A stretch of 64,000 nucleotides of DNA, taken from the NCBI GenBank assembly GCA_030141605.1, contig JAQGDQ010000580.1, forward strand, positions 1-64,000, written 5' to 3'. Each line of letters opens with the position of its first letter. Position 1 is the first letter of the stretch. Below are positions 11,501-55,100 of the stretch, piece by piece. This stretch comes from Tubiluchus corallicola. Taxonomy: Eukaryota; Animalia; Priapulida. Under the pieces are notes generated by a model. It ran no database searches. It saw only the letters and a list, made by a program, of their open reading frames with translations, and had not been told where the DNA came from. The position numbers were made by a program, and so were the translations under genes.

Positions 11501-14500
11501 TTTTTAGGAATGGATAGTCTGGTGCTGCCATTAGATTTAATAACACGTCCTTTGGAGCTTTCTTTTGAGAAACAGCTCTGTTTTGGAAAAGTCTGCGGGG
11601 ATAAGTAAGTTACTCAATGCTCTTATGCATCTAGTAAATGAATAATGTCTTATTTTTTATCTAGTTAATGATGTAACAGGTAACTATACGTATAGAAAGT
11701 TGCCCACTAACATCCTGCAGTTGGGTAGTGAAGAATTCACTAGCCAAAGTGAATAAAAAATTTTGTGAAGTCTACCACTGGAAATTTCCTAACTGAATGC
11801 GGGTTACTGAATAATTATGCAGTCCCTGCTGAAATTGTGTTCAGTTTTGTGTGCTATTGAAGAACTTCATTTTTGGTCTAATAATGAAATTTTGTTTGTA
11901 TAATAACACTGCAGAAACTAACTTATGCCACGTATTCTTGCTAACTCTGCAGTTAGGCTATAGCCTTCTAAAAGGTCTTTACCCATCTGACAAAAATTTG
12001 TGTTTGTGTATGTAAGTAAATATTTTCTGCCAACTGTTACTGTAAATAGCCTATGATGAAGTCTCCTTAATTTGCTATTTTAATAGTTTTTGCACTGTGC
12101 AAGCAATGTCATAAAATTACTAATTACATGTTGTTACCAAAGTTGAAATAATTTTAACACTTAATTAAACTTAAAAAAATTGGCATTTGTCAAACTTTAT
12201 GTCTAAGCTGTCAAGGTCGTTCAATCAAGACTGTGTTAAAAATTAAAATTGGTGTCAAAGAGGATGAGAGGTCAAAAATTAAAAAAAAGTATTCTAAAAT
12301 GTGCACAGAAGGTCAAAACTAGCAGTCTAGCAGTGACTCCAGTAAGAAAATAGCCTTTTTTGTAAAAAGAAGAAACAAAATGTTGCCACATGTTAAAAGT
12401 CATGTGAAGTAAAGGTTGTCTGCCTAAAGTTGTATTTTCTTTGCTTCTGTGTAGCACGTGTTGCATTACCACCTGATGATCACCAGAGAATTTGAGCTGG
12501 CCCTGGTTTATGAAGGAGCATTTGCATTCACCTAAATTTTTTATTGGTGGTGTGGTGTAAGCAAGCTATTGTACTAACTTTTTAGAATCAGTTTCTCAGG
12601 GTATAGAGCATTTATTTGTTAAATTAGTGTTGAAGCATTTGACTGTGGCGAAAAAGCTAGCGAGTGGCTGTCAAAAGCACTAAACAGACCAGGAACTCGA
12701 CTTCTTTACCAGTCAAAAGAAAAAGTGCGTCACGGCAAGAAAGGTATGTGTTATGACAAATTTAATGTGAAGCTTGTATTGCAGTATCTTTGGGCAAACT
12801 AAAACGTTAGACTTTTAGATGAACTAAAACTTTGGTTTTAAGAACTATGAATGTGTAATTATAACATGTAAATGCCAAAAATATAAATTTTTAATAAATT
12901 ATTTTTGATCCAGGAGCATTTAAGCAGATAGAATTAGATCCTGGACGAACTTGCACAAGCGTGTTGTTATACGAATGTTACTTTAATAAATCAAGTGCTT
13001 GATTGAAAAACAAACAGGAGTGCCTTTTTTAAGTTACCCCAAGTAATCTTTGCATAGGAACTATTTATTTTAGACTACATAAACTTTTTTCTCACTCAAT
13101 TGGCACTTTCTTAATCAGTTGTTGTTCGTCATGATAAATTGAACTGCCTTGAGTTTGTGATTTGATTTCTTTTCTTTGCATCTCTTGCTTTAGGTGCTGA
13201 CTCTTCTCTGTCTTTTGCTAATGAAGCCCAGTACTTGCTGTTGTCACAAAGCAGTATAGAGTCACTTGCCACAAGCATGGGAGACACCTCAGCTCCAGCG
13301 ATTTGTGATCTTATGCAGCGATTCCGTGGTAATTTTGTGGTGGGCAGCTCCCCCGCGTTTGCTGAAGACGATTGGAATATGGTTAAAATAGGATGTCATA
13401 TTTTCTGGGTAAAGTCAATTTGAAAATATTTACAGTTTCATTCATTACATTGCCACTTTCAATGTCTAGTACCATTGTTGACGGTGTGGTGGAACTAGAA
13501 CATAATTAATCGTATAGGAAGATGTTATTCCCTAAGATGAGACTCTGAACCAGCAGAAATGTTTGAGCCACATTCAGATGTATGCATATCCTCCGTGAGC
13601 AAAACAAATGGTCATGGGAAGTAAAGCAGCCTTTTGACTGTTTACCAACCATTTACTAACCAGGTTCGGTGATGCATAACCAGGGATCCTCGAATTGGGA
13701 TAACTTTTGTAAAAAAAAGGAAAATTATTTTCGTGAATATGATTATGTAAAACTTGAAACAACTATATATAGTAGTAACTCACTGGTGGTGACTCATTAG
13801 TCATATTTTAATAAAATGCTAATGTAAACTTGCAGTGTCTTTTTCTGCTTCATTCATTTTAATAGTAACATGTGAAATACTGAATTTAGGTGAAAAACCA
13901 GAAAGTTCAGTCAGTTGATCATGTATTACTGCATGTGTTTAATTTAGTGAAGCTATGTTTCTTAAAAAACTATTGTGAGAGTTGGGGAATTATAGTGAGT
14001 CATTAAAAATTTAATAAACAACATCAAAAAAATAAGATACTACATAAATTAAATTAAATTTTATTGGTGCCCAAATGTCCCCATGCCCAAATGTCCCGTG
14101 CCCTTATTTTACGTGCCAATTGTCATGTACCCTGCTTGTAAGGCATTTTAGCACATCTGATTGTAGTCTAGTAAAAAATTTTGTCTTAGGTCAACTCAGC
14201 ATTTTCTCATTTACCAAATGGTGGTGGTCAAAACTAACGGGACAGATGTTGATTATTATAAAAAGAGCTCACATGTTGGTCTTGTGCATTAGATGCTACT
14301 GATAACAAATATGTTTTAGTTAACAGTTTATGAGTAGAGATTTTGATTTCACTAAATTGAACTGAATTCCAATTTCAAAGAACTGGTCAGAAACAAGTCT
14401 ACATCTTGTGTTAACCAGGTACTGCGTTTCTGAACCAGCAGTATACTTTAGTGACATGACATTGAATTTCAAGTTAAACTAGCTAACAGGCAAAACCTAG

Positions 14501-14763
14501 ATGCCACTATGATCCAGTTTGTGGTTAGGACCTCATTGACTATTATTTTTTGTCAAAATTTGCAGAATCATGGTGGCTGTACTCGCTGTCAGGTGATATG
14601 TGTGAATCAGTCGACAGGTGACAAGACAGCAGATCCGTTACAGACTTTGAGAGCAAAGCGATCGGGAAAGGTAACATTTGGAATCTATCTAGGCAGTACA
14701 GAAACTGCTCAAAGTTCCATAATACGAGTTGGTGATACAGTTACAGCATATTGTGAGTTGTAA
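3777..14763 (+). CDS. MOCOS: Molybdenum cofactor sulfurase (PLP-dependent NifS-like domain plus MOSC domain), 13 exons, ~863 aa
   Basis: Exons 3777-3891, 4464-4620, 6050-6554, 6883-6978, 7996-8144, 8635-8754, 9133-9289, 9806-9922, 10387-10936, 11508-11604, 12628-12743, 13194-13408, 14566-14763. All are GT-AG and in phase (sum 2592 nt). Motifs: [24 protein letters not shown]|MFGYPTG (PLP lysine), YFGGGT, FEDG, RTGCFCN (catalytic Cys), [33 protein letters not shown]. Confidence 0.96.
5492..5531. repeat. (TA)n microsatellite
   Basis: ~20 TA units, directly seen; abuts a transposon-like terminus. Confidence 0.95.
5532..5660 (+). mobile_element. Tc1/mariner-pogo (Tigger-like) non-autonomous element terminus
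   Basis: Begins CAGTAGGACCTC right after TA. Internal motifs (TAATTCGTTCC, TTCCCATAAGAAATAATGTAAA) resemble Tigger-type MITE subterminal sequence. No partner end found. Confidence 0.5.
9609..9748. mobile_element. 140-bp MITE-like element with 20-bp terminal inverted repeats and internal TTAGGG-like repeats
   Basis: AGTTTACAGTTCTCCACACA (9609-9628) vs reverse complement of 9729-9748, AGTTTACAATTCCCCACACA (18/20). Core contains GGGTTAGGGTTAGGGTT. Confidence 0.7.
14066..14131. repeat. Short degenerate tandem repeat (~14-nt unit TGCCCAAATGTCCC), likely transposon subterminal repeats
   Basis: tgcccaaatgtcccc atgcccaaatgtccc gtgcccttattttac gtgccaattgtc. Confidence 0.55.
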
Positions 14764-14902
14764 AATACATATTTTTGTGTATAAAACAAGTATGGAAGTT
14801 AGTTTTTACTGTGTGATTGTTTATATTTATTTGTTATTCATCATGATGTATCCAATTGTGTCAATAATTATGATAATGTTATATGAAAGTGTATTTTAGT
14901 AA

Positions 14903-14908
14903 AATAAA
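14903..14908 (+). promoter_or_regulatory. Candidate polyadenylation signal of MOCOS
   Basis: AATAAA ~140 nt after the TAA stop. Confidence 0.5.
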
Positions 14909-17900
14909 ATAATGATTTGACTAGCACATTGGTTTCCTGCTGAATTAATTATTTATATTATTATTTGCAAAATAATTGATAAAGAAAGATGAAAGTGTCA
15001 TGACTGAGCCTAGATTTGAATTAGTCATCTTTGATTTACCCTTGGCCATAGAAGATCTTAGGTTTGCACTAAACTTACTGTATCGTTGAAGAAAACGAGG
15101 TCCAAATTTTGCAGTTTCGGTTGATTAATCAGTCTGAATTGTGAAATAAAGTGTATTGTTAGAACAAGTGCGAAATATAAATTGAATAATTTTCATCCTA
15201 AACAGATTTAAATCTGAAATGTCGACCTCTCTCTTTTTTGTAAAAGATTAATTAATGATAGATGATTTTTTATAATGATCTAGAAATGCCATATCCATAT
15301 TCTGACGTAGCCAATAGCAGTAATGCATATGGCAATACCCGACGTATAGATTTTTTATGATCAATGTAGACTTCAAAGGTGGAAAATAATCATTTCAAAT
15401 GTGGCAATGTAACCTGTTAGTTGAAATTTTTCTGTTTCATTATTAGTTGTACTGTGGCACAAAATAATTACACTTGCAGAATAATTATTAGAATCACAGT
15501 TGAAAGACAATTGCAAAAAAGGTAATAAACCATTGTACAAGTGCAAATAAATGTACATATCACCAGCAAGATGGCTAAGCACAAACATTTTGATAAAAAT
15601 TGCATACAGTGTACTGTCAATTATCGATTATCTGCCTGAGCCTGTAATTATATGATGTTTGTGTTATCAGGAAAAGTCGCCATTATAAAATTAAAAATTA
15701 GTAAATGTGTCAGTAACTTTAGGAGCTTTTGCTGCTGCCAAGATACAATAGTTATTTATAACACTGGATCCCTTTCTCCTTTCCTATGTGTAATTTATTA
15801 TAATATTATCGAAGAAGCAGATCTCCAAGAATGTCAGTAATTGATTCAATTGAATGCACATTCTTTTCATTATTCGCACTGGTTAAATAATGTGAACAGG
15901 CATTTAACATGCATTCCTTTTGTGTCCCAAATGCAAAGCAACCAAGGCACAAAAATTTTTACTCAATGCACAATGTTATAAAAATTTATTTACCACAGTC
16001 ATTTGGAATCTGGAAAATGCAGTACACACTTTTTCTAAAACTGGTCACACAAGAAATCAATTTTTGCTGTGCTTTGTCTTTATTAATGATGAATAAGGCA
16101 AAGATGCCATAAAAGGAAAAAGCTGCATCTGATGATATTTCGTCACTGGGCTGACCTATTTGATAGGTAGGTGCCAAACTACAGGATGATTGTGTCTTTC
16201 CTGTTATGTTTGATAGCAGATCCCTGGTTTGATTCCAAGCTAGTAATGCAGACGTTTCTGGCATTACTAGGAAAGACGATACTTTACATCATTCACATAA
16301 GCAGGCCTTCTTCTTAATGTAATTTGGATGTTTGACATTTGCAACAATCAGTAGATTTTAATTTGATCCTCCGTTTGGAGTAGAAGATGGAAATCAAACT
16401 CAGCACATGCCAAAACTTGCCAATGGAATCCACAAACAGTAATTGATATTTTGCACAGTTATCTGATTGAAAAATTTCATTAATGTCCATACTGAATAAA
16501 AAAACTTATTTGTCGTTTGGAACACGTGTTGATAGACAACACAAGCACAGTGGTGCTATTTAATGTCTTACACAGTTCACCAACACAATTGGAGAGACAA
16601 TGTGCAAACAATGGATTACAGGTGTTTTGAGAAATTTATTACTAGATACTATACTCATCATTGTTTTCTGCTAATTCTAACATATTTCATCATCATGAAG
16701 TCAACTAGTAAATTTCTACACAACATAGTTATAGCCATTTGTCTTGACTGATTTGCTTAAAAATGTTAAAAACCATTCTGGTCAACCATCCTTGATGAAA
16801 CTTTTGATGAACAATAGATTATCTACTGTAGATTGTGGACGCTTGGTGGTTACCGTGAATCAGCCTTGAAATTATCCAATCATTTCAAGCATGAACGTAA
16901 TAAGCCATTTTTCCAACCAACATTTCGTCTCTACTCTGCCTAGCAGCTACAATAACGCTTTGGCTTCTTAGTGTATATATTGTATGCCTTGGTGGCTAGA
17001 CTGTTTTCTGCCTTGAGGTTGCCGTTAGTAAATTGAGCTTTTGTTGTTGTGGTGGCAAATTAATGACTAGATTTGCAGATGTCACTAGAAAATACGTAAC
17101 GCAGGTAGGTCACAAGTGACCACAAATTTGGCTTTAACAGGAAAATAATATTTTTATGTATAAAGTGTAGAGTATTTTTTGAAAATACGTCAAAGTACTT
17201 TACGTTGTGTAGATCTGGCTAATTTTCATGTTTTTTGAGTTTTCTAAAATAATCAATACCTGACTGAAATAAACTTGAAAGACTAAGCTCGTTGAATTGC
17301 AAAACCGCTGAGCTTTATGCGGTTTCAGGGTTTTTGGATACCGTGACGTTATATGTACGTAATCTATGCTGCGTTCTTGCGATGTAGGCAATGTGTAACG
17401 GTACAAGCTTTACAGAAAATGGTACTGTGCGTGTTTATGTTCAGTCAGTTTTTAAACTTAAACCTCCTCTAAATTAAAAGAAAGATCGTCTTTCACGCAT
17501 CTGTCATGTATTTGTGATAACATTTTTCAGCGCACACGCTTGCTGCTTATATTTTTATCGCCCTGTAGCTAGCGCGTCTCCAAATTTATGTGGCTTCGCG
17601 GGTTATATAGAACAAAATTGCTCGTCATTGCCGGCTGTACGATAAGACACAGTAGATTCGTGATTAGAATAAAAAGTTCTTAAACCAATATATTTTGGCA
17701 AGATTTATCCACCAGTTTGTAAACAAGAAAGCTGTAGAAACTGTTAACTTTAAGTGTATGGTTTATCAAAAGGTGTCGATACTTCAAAAGTTCTTTAACG
17801 TTATAGAACTTAAGAGAAACCGGTAGTTTATTAATGAGATACTGTTTAAGTCACGCATGTGGTAAGTTAAATACATTTTCTTTGCCAAGTTTCAGCACTT

Positions 17901-18451
17901 TTAGAAAGTGTGTCATTCGGCTCTTAATATATAATAATAAGTCATTTATTATTAGCTTACGGAAAATTAATTTATCCACGAGATTCTCAACAGCGTAGAA
18001 CACTATGTGGTGTGTAATAAATGCTTGTATACTACAGGCCTCTAATACAGTTCTAATTGGATTGTTATAATACATTACATAACTTAGTTAATGGTTAAAA
18101 CGTATTGAAATTTGACCTACTTTTTACTCAGAGGGAAAACATAAGCTGTAAACTGGAAAAGCAAATAAATATTGTGACATTTAAGCTTTTTAAACAACAA
18201 CTAGATGTCTGTCATTGCTGCGTTTATATTTTTGCTTTTCACATTGTGGACGTTGACCTCGTTTTAGGTGCAGTTTATTTAATGTTTTGTGCAACTAATG
18301 CTGTTCAGAACCCGTCTTACATTTTATATGCGGAGTCTGAGTAAAACAGGCCATTTGGATAAAATGGGGCGAATTTCCTCATCAGATATGGAAAACCATT
18401 CCATAAAATGTTTAAAGTGTTTCTGTCTAATCACTAGTACATGTGTTACAT

Positions 18452-18545
18452 GGACTCTTGGCATAGCTGCCCAGAAAGCAGAAGGTCTTGAGTTCGAATC
18501 CCAGATGAAAGCATAAAATTTTTCAGATTTTTTAATTTAGTGTTG
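18452..18545 (+). mobile_element. tRNA-derived SINE-like fragment
   Basis: Pol III B-box/T-arm-like GAGTTCGAATCCC, preceded by AAGGTC and followed by an A/T-rich tail. No full cloverleaf. A similar decayed stretch lies at ~58615-58682. Confidence 0.45.
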
Positions 18546-20490
18546 CTTTCGTGCATTTGTCATTGGATCAAATCATTGCTGTAATGTTACTGACAAGCCT
18601 AAGTGTTGACTTCCTAACAAAGTGTTATGAAAGCTATAATTAAAATTTGATTATAACTTTAATCTATAATTTTATAATCCTAATCCAAATTTATAATGTC
18701 GTAATTTTCTCAGTGTTTCCCATTTTTCACAATTAAGTAGCAATTTTGGGCAGTTCTATTTTGAAAAGTCTTCGTTTGAATTTTAAATGCATGTACTGTT
18801 TGATTTTGATTGTCCACTGCCTCGATTTGTTGATCATCTAATTTTTAGGTGCTGCAAGAACTCATTGATATCCAGAGCAGCAAATTAGTAAAAGGATTTA
18901 TTAATACAGTTAGTAATCGGTCTATCTAAAATTGCGTTCTAAAGCTTAGGGATAGATCCTGGACTGGCGTGTTATGCTGAATCGAAAGCACTGAAGCTTA
19001 CCTAGGCATCATGTTAACCCTTCAGTAAATTATGTTAAATGTTTTCCTCATTTCTTGTTGAGTTCATAGAACTAATTTTGTCTAATTGCATTGGAACTGC
19101 AGGCGCCTATTCCCCAGTACTGAACGACTTGTGACTCTGTTGTGGTATTGCATTTTTGTTTTGTTCGCTTTTGTAAAGTAACTCTATAAAGAGATGTATT
19201 TTGGCATGGGCATGACATTGTACTTTTGTGTTGTTACAATAGAGTTGCTCCATATTCTAAATTTTTGCAAAAAAGACACTGAATGATACCATGACAATGG
19301 TTTATGGTATCCTAAATGACATATCTAGCCAGTTGGGCAGAAACGGCTCAATGAACGAGTAATGCAGTGCTTTGCACTTCGGAGTTTAGTGTAATAAAAT
19401 ACTCTACTGTCCGTAAATGTTGTTTTGGTTTTAAAAGTGAACATTTCAGGGTGCCATAACTTCGAATCAGAGTCCCAATCAAACAAGAAGCAGGCAAGTT
19501 CCATTAAATTGTAAACGCGCGTTCATTGACATGCAAGAACACGTTGCTTTCATTAGTGTTTGTTGGAAACTGAAGTGGTTTATGGAGGAGGCCCAAAACG
19601 GTTTCAATATTTCAGCTCAGGCATCACGGAGGTGATGATGTGTGGAGTGATAAGGTGTAGCTCACAGTAGGGATTTATCGTTTGCTTGTGTTCATTGCCC
19701 GCTTCTTGATGATTTTGTGTGTTTGTTTCATGGTTTAAGTGAAGCTCTATTATATAAAAGTAGTGGCTGGCTGTGACGTGCAAATTAAATTGAACTAACT
19801 TTTTTGTACTGTATTTTTGCGATGTGACAGTGCTTGGAAAATAAGCTTTCTGAGATAACTTTTTTCTTTTAAATGAATTTTCTGGGAACCTTTTGCTAAT
19901 AAAATCAGTTTTCTGAGAATAAGTTTTTGTAACTGGCATAGTTTGTGTTAGGCAGCGGTTGGAATGGGTCCATAGGGCCACTCGAACAGTTCAAAACATT
20001 TTTTATTTTTGTTGGTTTGACAAGTCACTAGCCTTGTTTTTTATATCTTCCACCCAGTTAAATTATTCAAATGATCAAACGGATGGCTTCACGTGTTATT
20101 TTCCCATACTCTATATTCTGCATACCAGGACATGTCTCTGTTGAGTAAGCCGAATTCCGTTTCCTACTTTATTGTACCGTTTAGTTTCGAGAATATTTGC
20201 TCAGTAGTTTCTCTAGGTAATAAAGTGCAAGATAAAGACAATAAATTCCAGAAATTCAAATACATGAACTTGAAAGTTCCATTAGATTCAATTTGCTATG
20301 ATGAAGTCATTTTCCTCTTAAAACATTACCTGATTTATATGGATCTCTCCCTTTAGACTGATGAAATTCTAAATTATATTACAATATTGCTTTTACTAAA
20401 TGATAATTATTTGGTTGTTTTTATAGGTAAAAATGTAGTCTAGTGGACGAGATTGTTCTGATTCACCTGGAAATTTCTGGAGTTCTTGTA

Positions 20491-50001
<29,511 letters not shown>

Positions 50002-51548
50002 GAGATGAGAACATCCAAATTGTGATTATTGTTCTTATCATGTCTTCCAGCTCATTGGTGCTAATTTTTTTGCGACATAGCAGCATTGGACCTCTAAGCC
50101 CAAAATAATCTCTATTGTGTACTTTATTATGTTATGTAATGCTTATTCATTTCACCAATAGAGACTTATACAATGCAAATAGAGAACGACGAAATCATAT
50201 TGTATGATCTTACAATAGGCAAGCTAATCAATTTAGTATCTATTAAAGATGAAGAAAATTGGCTTACATTAGCTGCATTAACTATGTCAGAGTCAGATTC
50301 CAATCATTAGTTACACGATTTGCAAGATAATGCTTGAATACATTAATTCTACAATAAATTTAACCTTGCAGTAAATTGAATTGCTTTTCAACCATTAAAT
50401 GTCTAAACCATTCAACCAAGATTAGATTTTGTTTTGTGCCAAAATATTTGTAACATTTTATAGATGTGGAAATAAGACTTTTGATATAAAAATGTTACCA
50501 AAGCATTATAGCCAATGCTTGAAGATTGTTGTAACACATCTATTGTTATCCTATTGCTAACAGAGTAATTTGTCTATGATAATCTTTGCAATATTTTGAT
50601 TTAAATTATCCATATTGTTTCTGATACAGTTTCGTGTTGAAAATCTGAAAACGTTTTCTCCAATGCATTTCCTTTTTCGATTAATTTTGAGTAACGTTTT
50701 CTCCAAAGTATTTTCTTGTGTAGCTGACAAAAATGTGAGGAACTTCTAGTCAGACTATTATACTATAAATCAACTTCGTCGATTGTACATCATGTTTTCT
50801 GACTTCAATTAGTGCTCTGTTAATACCAAAATGCGTAATCTTTAATTTTTGTTTACAGTACAATGTACTGTATTGACATTGAACTGAAATAAACTGTATA
50901 ACATACTTTAAACAAAAATGGTGGTATTGGCTATTACAGTTAACTTGGTAATAAAATGTTTTTACTAGTGAGAAATTTTGTACCTTAGCACATTCTAATG
51001 GCTGTCTTTTTATTTTGTGGTATTTTGATTTGATGATTTAACTATAATTAATTACAAATTGAAATCTAAACAACCAACCTTGAATTTTTTTATGCAGTTT
51101 GATGAACTGCATGCCAATAATTAGCAATTTGTTTTTACTTGCCCCTTTTCGGACATGCTAAAAATATTACTAATAAAGGTTTTCTTGGAACTGAAGAGTA
51201 TTCCGTCAACAAATGGTTGTGTACAAATTAACATTTCAGCCCAAATTGTACGAGTAGCCAAATATCAACCCACAAAGACTCGGAAGTAAAGAGACCAACT
51301 ACCAGCGGTCCAAAGGCCCATTACCTCGAAGGCCAAAAGGTGATCAATTCAACTTTTGGGGCCAAAAGCTGCTGACACTGGTACAAGAAATAACTTTGGC
51401 ATCCTGGAATATGCAGAGACATTTTGGCTTTCATACTGTGTTACTATAACTGTTGAAAAATAAAAGCTAGTGTGGAAAATACCTGTAAACAAAACCTTCC
51501 AAGCACATTTTAGAAAACATAAAACCAACATTTTACATTTCCTACACA

Positions 51549-51554
51549 TTTATT
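51549..51554 (-). promoter_or_regulatory. Candidate polyadenylation signal of BZW
   Basis: AATAAA on the minus strand ~600 nt after the stop, followed by GT/T-rich sequence. Confidence 0.5.
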
Positions 51555-52149
51555 CATGTAATTTCTTTTTACAGCAGTGACAAATTTCATTGTGACCTAA
51601 TCTATAGCCATGTAACACAATCACCATTGAGTGCTGCACATTTATAGACATTCACCAGTTACTATATGTATTTCTAGATACCAATATAACAGGCAAATTT
51701 TTTGACAATGAATACAAAAAAAATCATTGATAAAATGTTCGGTGGAAACCGTATTTGCTCCCTGCCGTGGGTCTATTGTTGGGTACAAAATACACACAAA
51801 GAATCGCAGAATCATGCACTAATTTAATATACACCTTGGAAGAGAGAGGGATTACTGGACTATAAGCAAATGATATGTATTTTCAAAGACGAAACAGTAA
51901 ACCAGAGAAAGTTAAGTCACCAGTTGTGTTACTTACAAAAAAGAACACTTAGTAGAAGCTGCAATGCTGTTAAATTATTTCATTGTTTTTCTGATACATG
52001 ATCAATATAGGTAACAAAACCTGACATTAACAACATAAAAATTATTAAGCTGAACAATGGGAAAGACAAAAAAAGAAAGGTCTGAGTTACACAGAATATT
52101 AAAAGAGACTTAGTGTAAAAATAGCTATCCAGTGATAGTCTTTTTATTT

Positions 52150-55100
52150 CTAATCTTCTTCGTCGCCTGATTCATCAGATTCTGAAAATAAAGAAAAGGT
52201 TTTGTTGCAAAACACTGGTATAAACAATAAATGTTTAAAGATACAAAAACTGGCAAGTACAAAATAAATGTAATTTTTTGTTTCCCATGTTTGTTTGAAT
52301 TAATATTTAACATATTTAAATAACTAATATTTAACGTATTTTTTGCTTGATAGGCATTATTTATTCTTTTGACATTATTTCCTTTTATTGTGCAAAGTTG
52401 TTTTTTCATTTTTTTCCATGGCATTCTATTAAACATCACACAGAATTCTTCACATAAGGGTTTGGGACACTGTCAGAAGTTTGGTAAACTAGAATCTTCA
52501 TAAAATTATGCACATTTTGGTGTCTAAACAACGTCTGTATTATGTACATTCCAAAGCTAATGGACTTAGGATTTATGTGAGCTTAACAGTCAGTAACACC
52601 CTCATTCATGCAGACATCCCAGTTTGCCAGAAACATTTGAATTTAATGTCACTAGTAACAATGTCCACCCCACAGACCAACTTCACTTGCAATCCCATTA
52701 AATAACGATTTCTTTTCTGTTTCTCAATTCATCATCAAACATCTACAGTTAAAAGATGGCTATAACCATACCAAATGTCAATGAAATGCACTGGTAAATC
52801 CTGGACATATTTCATTAAAAAACGTACAAACTGGCAAAGGTAAATACATGGAGGCAATAATCAAGCATTTAGCTTTACATATACTGTTTCTTCAAAATTA
52901 ACCAGATGTAAAAAATGAATTAGAAATACAACAAGAAATCGACAACAATCATGTTTTCGTGTTTGCTTTTAAATACAGTACGATCAAACAAGTATTCCAC
53001 TTTGTTAATACATGCCAGTAATAACTAATGTGCAAGGTGTCAGAAAAAAACAATGTTTTAATGTACACAACCTAAAATAAGATTACCAAGGTGACAACAT
53101 TTATGCCACTACAAATCACTACCACAAAATTGTACTGAAGTTTGTAAATATATACCTTCTTCAGCATTCTGTAACCATTCCACAAATTTCTTCATTTGCT
53201 CTAGGCACACACGTTTGCCTTTTGCAGAGTGAGCTTCCTTATACCACTTCAAGATCGCGTCCTCACTCAATACATCAGCTGCATTAAAAAATGATTTGCT
53301 ATTACAACACAATAAGATTTCTTATATTAGGAAAGCAGAACATGCCACTAAAAATGCCTACCATGAAATTCAGTGCTTAGAATAAAGCATGAATTGTCAT
53401 CAGGTGTGTGCATAGAAGCTGTTTAGTTTCTGGAAACAGGTGACCCTCTAAATACCTATTTCATTGGGTTTGTTATAGTTTAATAAAGTCACAATGAATG
53501 GATAAATCCAAAAACTCAATTTTCGCATTTTAGCCATGTCAGAATTTTTCGTACACAGACAGTGACAGATGCCTACACCTATTTTCAAACATTATACAGA
53601 GATAAGCCTCAAGTCATAAGGGCTGAATAATTTCTCCTTGTCTCAACAGCTCTAGGAGCTGAAACAATATAAACAAATTACAATAATGCATTACAGGCAA
53701 AAGATTAAAAATAACCGACACTGACCAATGGATACGACATTAACAATGGAAACATTTGCTAATAGAACAGCTGGCACAATTCACTTCAAGACTTATTTTT
53801 AGCGGCATAGCAAGCAAAAAAGAAGCAAAACAAAATTTCGGTCATAGACAGCTGCTACTCTGACTGGTTTTTTACAAACATTGATTTTGTAGCAGCATGT
53901 GTATGCTCTAATACTGGACGATGCTAACGTTACCTTTGACATACCAATGGTGGAAGCGTATAATGAGTTTACAATCTCAACTTGTTATCCTGCTTCCTTA
54001 TACTAATCACATGTGTATATTGTACAGTGCAACAACAAGATTAATATCCCCACAATCGCTTGGAGCCAATGCGACTGGAATCAGCGACACTGCTTTGGGT
54101 GCCAGGACAGCGCAAAAACAATGTTAAGTATGCAATAAAGTAGATTTTTTTACACTTGCCCAAATAACTGCTTTAGTTATTATTAAACACGCAACATGAA
54201 AAGTGCAAAACTGTTTGAAAGCACAGGCCGAATCGCTGGAATACCTTTGTAGAGAAGAACAACAATCTTCTGAAAAAATGTCATGAAGTTCATGTTGTCA
54301 TAGCAGTATTCTTGGATCTTTATCAGTAGTGCCAGTTCTGACTTGTTCTGAGTTGTAACTGCAGCCAGCATTGGACAGTACTAGAAATAAAAATAAAGTA
54401 AATCCAAGAGTCGTTTTTCATAACGAAGGAAAGCAGAATAAACATTAATGTCTTTTTTTTTACAAATAATAGCTGTCATTAATTTGAAATTACCATTTTG
54501 TGTGTGGCAAGTAAGAATAAGTCATGACTTACCAACCACACACGCAGAAAAAATAAAAAGCCTAAAACAAATCAACATGTTGTATTACCCCGACATTTGT
54601 ATTACTAAAAATAATAAGCATAATGGTCGATTTGTATCTCATAGTAAACCACAGTCTACAGCTACACAATGGAAGCAGATTTGTGGCAACTTCAAACTTC
54701 CAGCTGCAAAACAAATCACCAATGCAACTGGATAACCAACAAATAACCAAGTAAATTTCATACATGCAAACATCCAATGCTTAATTGTCTAGACGCTAAC
54801 TAACACGTTACTCGTTACTACAAGTTGACATTATAAGCATACCAAAAACCTGTATAACATAAAAACGAAACATACTTGTCTGAGATGCTTCAAAGCTTGT
54901 TCCTGAAGCAAGTCTTCTTTTTTGTTCCACTCAACGCTAACCATCAGGGTGTTCCAAACCATAGCAACTGTGTCCCCCTCCGTAAAACTGTTTTTCTTGG
55001 CAGTGTTTAAAACAAACTCTGTTGTCTACAAAAATATTGTAAGTTTATAAATTTAATACAGCTTTACAGAATGGAAAATTGTTTAAAAAACTACTCTACT

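Noticed and set aside
16250-16960. Cys-rich or Penelope-like fragments between MOCOS and liprin-beta
   Set aside because: Too decayed; no continuous frame or intact diagnostic motif
18452-18505. tRNA gene
   Set aside because: Only a T-arm/B-box-like motif; no acceptor stem or D-arm, so treated as SINE-like
52698-52742. Possible alternative last exon of BZW (ATGTTTGATGATGAA...)
   Set aside because: In the required phase it gives only DV*. The 52150-52181 exon supplies the conserved acidic tail and has a better acceptor.
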